Shown here piece by piece: positions 27,016-29,841 of a stretch of DNA of 29,841 bases. A program made the translations under genes and the position numbers. Below the pieces are notes generated by a model. It searched no databases. It was given only the letters and a program-made list of their open reading frames with translations, and was not told the origin of the DNA. The stretch spans positions 1 through 29,841 of the forward strand of contig CAYITV010000001.1 in the NCBI GenBank assembly GCA_964366285.1. Reading direction: 5' to 3'. The stretch comes from Candidatus Woesearchaeota archaeon. GTDB lineage: Archaea > Nanobdellota > Nanobdellia > SCGC-AAA011-G17 > UBA489. How positions within the stretch are numbered: the first letter of the stretch is position 1; each line of letters begins with the position of its first letter.

Positions 27016-27066
27016 GTGGTAGAAAAGTACCACTTATTTATAAATTTTGTGGTAGGAAAGTACCAT
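27016..27066. promoter_or_regulatory. Two 18-bp palindromic operator-like sites flanking the TATA box of the HEPN-MNT operon
   Basis: GTGGTA-GAAAAG-TACCAC (27016-27033) and GTGGTA-GGAAAG-TACCAT (27049-27066), with TTATTTATAAATTTT between them. Confidence 0.75.
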
Positions 27067-27113
27067 AAGCATAACATCCTAAGAGTGGCCATACTACAAG
27101 GTTTAAATGCGAC

Positions 27114-27791
27114 TTAAATTATGTCAAACTTGCTGTCTAGAAGAAGAATTGTTTGATTAAGAACCTTAGCATTATAGGCCTGGCCTGCATTGATGATGTT
27201 GATATTACCAGAAACATCAAAAGGCACCTGAACAGAACCGCCAGAATATAACCTCGTGAAAGTAACTTGACGGTTTAAATTGTCAATGTAGTCAACTCTC
27301 CATATATCCGGCGACATCTGGCCAGTACAACCGAATTGAATGCATATATTTACCGTCGGGAATATTATAGTATCAAACGCCTGAACCATCTTGTTTCTGT
27401 TTGCATTAAATGAAAGGAATAATTTGTTGCTTGTTTCATCATATCGAAGTTTGTTGACAATTCCTGCTTGTATTAAATCTGCTTCAGCACCAAAATGATC
27501 TGTCCTCGATGGGTCATATACAAACTGTTTTATTCCGTTAATATTGAAGGTTAATTGATTAACATTTTCATCGACAGAAACAAACTTAGCATTAGCATAA
27601 CCTGGCGGATTTGGAATCCTGAACTGCTCACCTACTTCAATCACCTGGTATGGAAAAAAATTGATGGAATCTGAAAACCTTGCTGATTGAGTGCTTAAAA
27701 CCTGCTGGCCAGTCATACCTTTTCCAAAGAGTGATAAAGATACTGCAAGAACAAGTATAATAATTACAGTAGTGATGTACCCCTTTTCCAT
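27114..27791 (-). CDS. Membrane-anchored/secreted hypothetical protein
   Basis: N-terminal TM helix followed by GMTG; beta-rich, Asn-rich body. Confidence 0.7.
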   Translation of the reverse strand: MEKGYITTVIIILVLAVSLSLFGKGMTGQQVLSTQSARFSDSINFFPYQVIEVGEQFRIPNPPGYANAKFVSVDENVNQLTFNINGIKQFVYDPSRTDHFGAEADLIQAGIVNKLRYDETSNKLFLSFNANRNKMVQAFDTIIFPTVNICIQFGCTGQMSPDIWRVDYIDNLNRQVTFTRLYSGGSVQVPFDVSGNINIINAGQAYNAKVLNQTILLLDSKFDII

Positions 27792-27868
27792 ATTGATTTT
27801 AAGAAGAATAAGATATATATATCTTTCGAATTATTTTTTAAGAGCGAGGTTTACTAAGGCGATTAAAG

Positions 27869-28558
27869 ATGGTGATAAAAGAGCGTGTTTTGGAGCATCC
27901 TGGAAGCTTTTACGTGTTTAGAATCCATGAAGCGAAGACAAATCAGCTATGCAATGGAAACGGCTTTGCACCTTTGAAAACGTATCTCTCCTCTGTGTTT
28001 GAGCAGTGTCCTGACAAGTATTTCCATGAAGGACCTAGAAGCAGCTGCCTGAAATTTAGGATGAACCATGATTTAATTGAAGTGAGAGGGCACGAGGTAA
28101 GCACGCTAGCGAAGTATGGATTACTGGAGAATCAGCAGAGGTACAAGGACAACCATTCACGCGTGCAGATGTTTATGCTAGAACATGACAGTAACACTGT
28201 TGCGATGGAAGTGCCTTTGTGGCTGCATGAGCAGGAATTGGAAGGGTATCATGAACTGTTTGGAAGCGCATTGCCATTGAGCGGGCATATTGATGTGCTG
28301 AGAGTGGATGACGGCAAGGTGTGGATATGGGATTACAAACCACATGCGCAGAAAGAAAAGTATGCAGCAACGCAGGTGTATTTCTATTCCTTGATGCTGA
28401 GCAAGAGAACGGGAATTCCTTTGGAACATTTCAGATGCGGATACTTTGATGATGTGCATGCGTATTTATTTCAACCGAAAGAAGGATTATTACAGAAAGA
28501 AAAGAAAACCTCATTGATGGATTTTAACGAGACAAGTAATATCCATACACTTTCATAA
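27869..28558 (+). CDS. PD-(D/E)XK (RecB-like) nuclease
   Basis: MEVP, GHID, DYK and QVYFY motifs. Confidence 0.82.
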   Translation: MVIKERVLEHPGSFYVFRIHEAKTNQLCNGNGFAPLKTYLSSVFEQCPDKYFHEGPRSSCLKFRMNHDLIEVRGHEVSTLAKYGLLENQQRYKDNHSRVQMFMLEHDSNTVAMEVPLWLHEQELEGYHELFGSALPLSGHIDVLRVDDGKVWIWDYKPHAQKEKYAATQVYFYSLMLSKRTGIPLEHFRCGYFDDVHAYLFQPKEGLLQKEKKTSLMDFNETSNIHTLS

Positions 28559-29228
28559 CCTTCTGCACATAGTTGGTTGTTTCTATTGCGTGCGATTTTG
28601 TAACGACTGGCAGAATTGTTGCAATCGATTCCCATTGATTTTGGGAGAGCACTGCATATGCCTCTATGTTTTCATAGGTGTGCTTTTTGTTTCCGCGCTG
28701 GATTGTAATGCTATTTTTTCCTTGCTGTGCCGCCTCGATGATCTTTTGACAGGCGATGATATTATTTGGACCTGCATTATAAGCTCCAAGGGCAAATTTC
28801 CACCTTTCCAATCCTTGTTCTCGGGAGAAGATATCATACATCCTTCTCAAATAAGCTGCACCGCCAAGGATACTTTGTTCTGGGCTACAACGATCTGTGA
28901 CCCCAACTTCTTTGGCTGCCGCTTCCATTAATTGCGAGAGGCCTTTTGCGCCTGCTTTTGAGGTGCTAATTGGATTGAAGCTAGATTCTACATTGATAAG
29001 GGCGGCATAGAGATGCTGTGAGATATTGTTAGATACTTCTGCATCATGTATTAAATCTTGGTATGGATAAGATAGAGTTGATGCGTGTTCTTCGTACGGC
29101 GTAAACGAGCTTTCTACTTGTTGTTCAAGTGATGATTGTTTTGGAAGAGCGGGGCATGCTATCATTAAACCAGATGCAGTTCCTATTACTGCTGCGAGTA
29201 TTGATTTTGGGAGTGAGAAGTTTGTCAT
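28524..29228 (-). CDS. Lytic transglycosylase (SLT domain) with an N-terminal signal/lipoprotein-like sequence
   Basis: LINVESSFNP (catalytic Glu), GAKGLSQLM, SILGGAAYL, ALGAYNAG and ETTNYV motifs. Confidence 0.92.
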   Translation of the reverse strand: MTNFSLPKSILAAVIGTASGLMIACPALPKQSSLEQQVESSFTPYEEHASTLSYPYQDLIHDAEVSNNISQHLYAALINVESSFNPISTSKAGAKGLSQLMEAAAKEVGVTDRCSPEQSILGGAAYLRRMYDIFSREQGLERWKFALGAYNAGPNNIIACQKIIEAAQQGKNSITIQRGNKKHTYENIEAYAVLSQNQWESIATILPVVTKSHAIETTNYVQKVMKVYGYYLSR

Positions 29229-29245
29229 CTTTTTTGACTTGCTGT

Positions 29246-29841
29246 TTAGTTTTTCGGTGCGCCTTCGGTGCACACAAGCACCCCGAGCGAGGCAACCGAG
29301 TACTGAGGGACCCCATAGCAGTCGAGGTCAGCCCTGACCGAATCAGCGTAGAACCTCGCGACAGCATCATCGATAGGAGAATAGAAATGGATATGCTTTC
29401 CTCTTTGATATCCTTGATATGTTGATTTCTTAATAGCTAATCCTTGCTTGTTAAATGATCTTGGATTAAGATCGATGAGACAACCATTAGCATTCATAAT
29501 ACACTTTTCCAAAGGACTGACGATAGATTGAACAGAATTTCCAAATAATCCTTCAAACTTGTTTTCTGTGGCTGCACAATAGCTTGTTTCTATACAAAAA
29601 TGACCTTGGTCATCTTTCTTAAAATAGGTGGCAAGATTTATCCAACAATCAGCTGTCAAACGCTCATAGAGGTCATGCATACTTCTTTCCGATAGCGGGT
29701 TGCCATAACCATTGAAAAGAGTTGTTTTTTTGCTGTGTGCAGAAACAACATTAATGAGATGGGGGATGAATAAAGATGTACCTACAACTGAAAGGCCTTC
29801 ATCAGCTGCTGCATAAACAGGGGTTCCGCAAGAATTGGCTA
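29246..29841 (-). CDS. Probable DGR target protein (CLec-type C-terminus); 5' end beyond the window
   Basis: The frame is open from the window edge (ANSCGTPVY...SMHDLY), so the listed 144-aa ORF is only the C-terminal part. It ends in a VR-like segment. Confidence 0.72.
   Translation of the reverse strand, partial: ANSCGTPVYAAADEGLSVVGTSLFIPHLINVVSAHSKKTTLFNGYGNPLSERSMHDLYERLTADCWINLATYFKKDDQGHFCIETSYCAATENKFEGLFGNSVQSIVSPLEKCIMNANGCLIDLNPRSFNKQGLAIKKSTYQGYQRGKHIHFYSPIDDAVARFYADSVRADLDCYGVPQYSVASLGVLVCTEGAPKN
29257..29273 (-). promoter_or_regulatory. GAA-loop hairpin just 3' of the putative variable region (DGR homing hairpin candidate)
   Basis: GTGCACC-GAA-GGCGCAC; 6/7 Watson-Crick pairs. 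Confidence 0.55.
29279..29362 (-). other. Putative DGR variable region (VR)
   Basis: 28 codons, none ending in A; 9/84 A and 53/84 GC, versus 39/120 GC at 29401-29520. Encodes VARFYADSVRADLDCYGVPQYSVASLGV. Confidence 0.7.

Noticed and set aside
27015-27092. N-terminal 26 codons of the listed 173-aa HEPN ORF
   Set aside because: They run through the TATA box and operators; the real start is more likely ATG 27014.
27869-28558. Cas4 / CRISPR adaptation call
   Set aside because: Lacks the Fe-S cysteine arrangement; no cas1 or array in the window.

Overview
AT-rich archaeal chromosomal segment, most consistent with a DPANN lineage (Woesearchaeota/Pacearchaeota-like). This is inferred from the aIF-2beta, TBP, MCM, RFC, FEN1 and archaeal IleRS genes and the TATA-type promoters. 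From left to right: the right end of an IS200/IS605-family element (tnpB plus omegaRNA); an NMD3-like / DUF424 / aIF-2beta / RPA2 / MCM / TBP cluster; two small ORFs; a surface protein, a structured intergenic region and a membrane-tethered wHTH protein; ileS, TRAM, rfcS-rfcL and ssb; a PIN toxin-antitoxin cassette bracketed by a duplicated ssb 3' end; htpX divergent from a bacterial-type sigma70 gene; ATP-cone, GT2, HerA-like, MarC, Trm5-like, EamA and FEN1 genes; and a terminal accessory region (HEPN-MNT pair with twin operators, secreted protein, PD-(D/E)XK nuclease, lytic transglycosylase, and a probable diversity-generating retroelement target gene). The most notable signals are four. (1) A DGR-like variable region (adenine-poor, no A-ending codons, GAA-loop hairpin) sits directly upstream of a peptidoglycan lytic transglycosylase. 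(2) An in-frame TGA lies 15 codons into the second MCM intein, which could be a split intein, readthrough, a pseudogene or a sequence error. (3) A full sigma70 homolog appears to share one TATA box with htpX. (4) An integration scar marks the ssb 3' end. No rRNA, tRNA or CRISPR array was found. All family assignments come from motif recognition by eye; no database searches were run.
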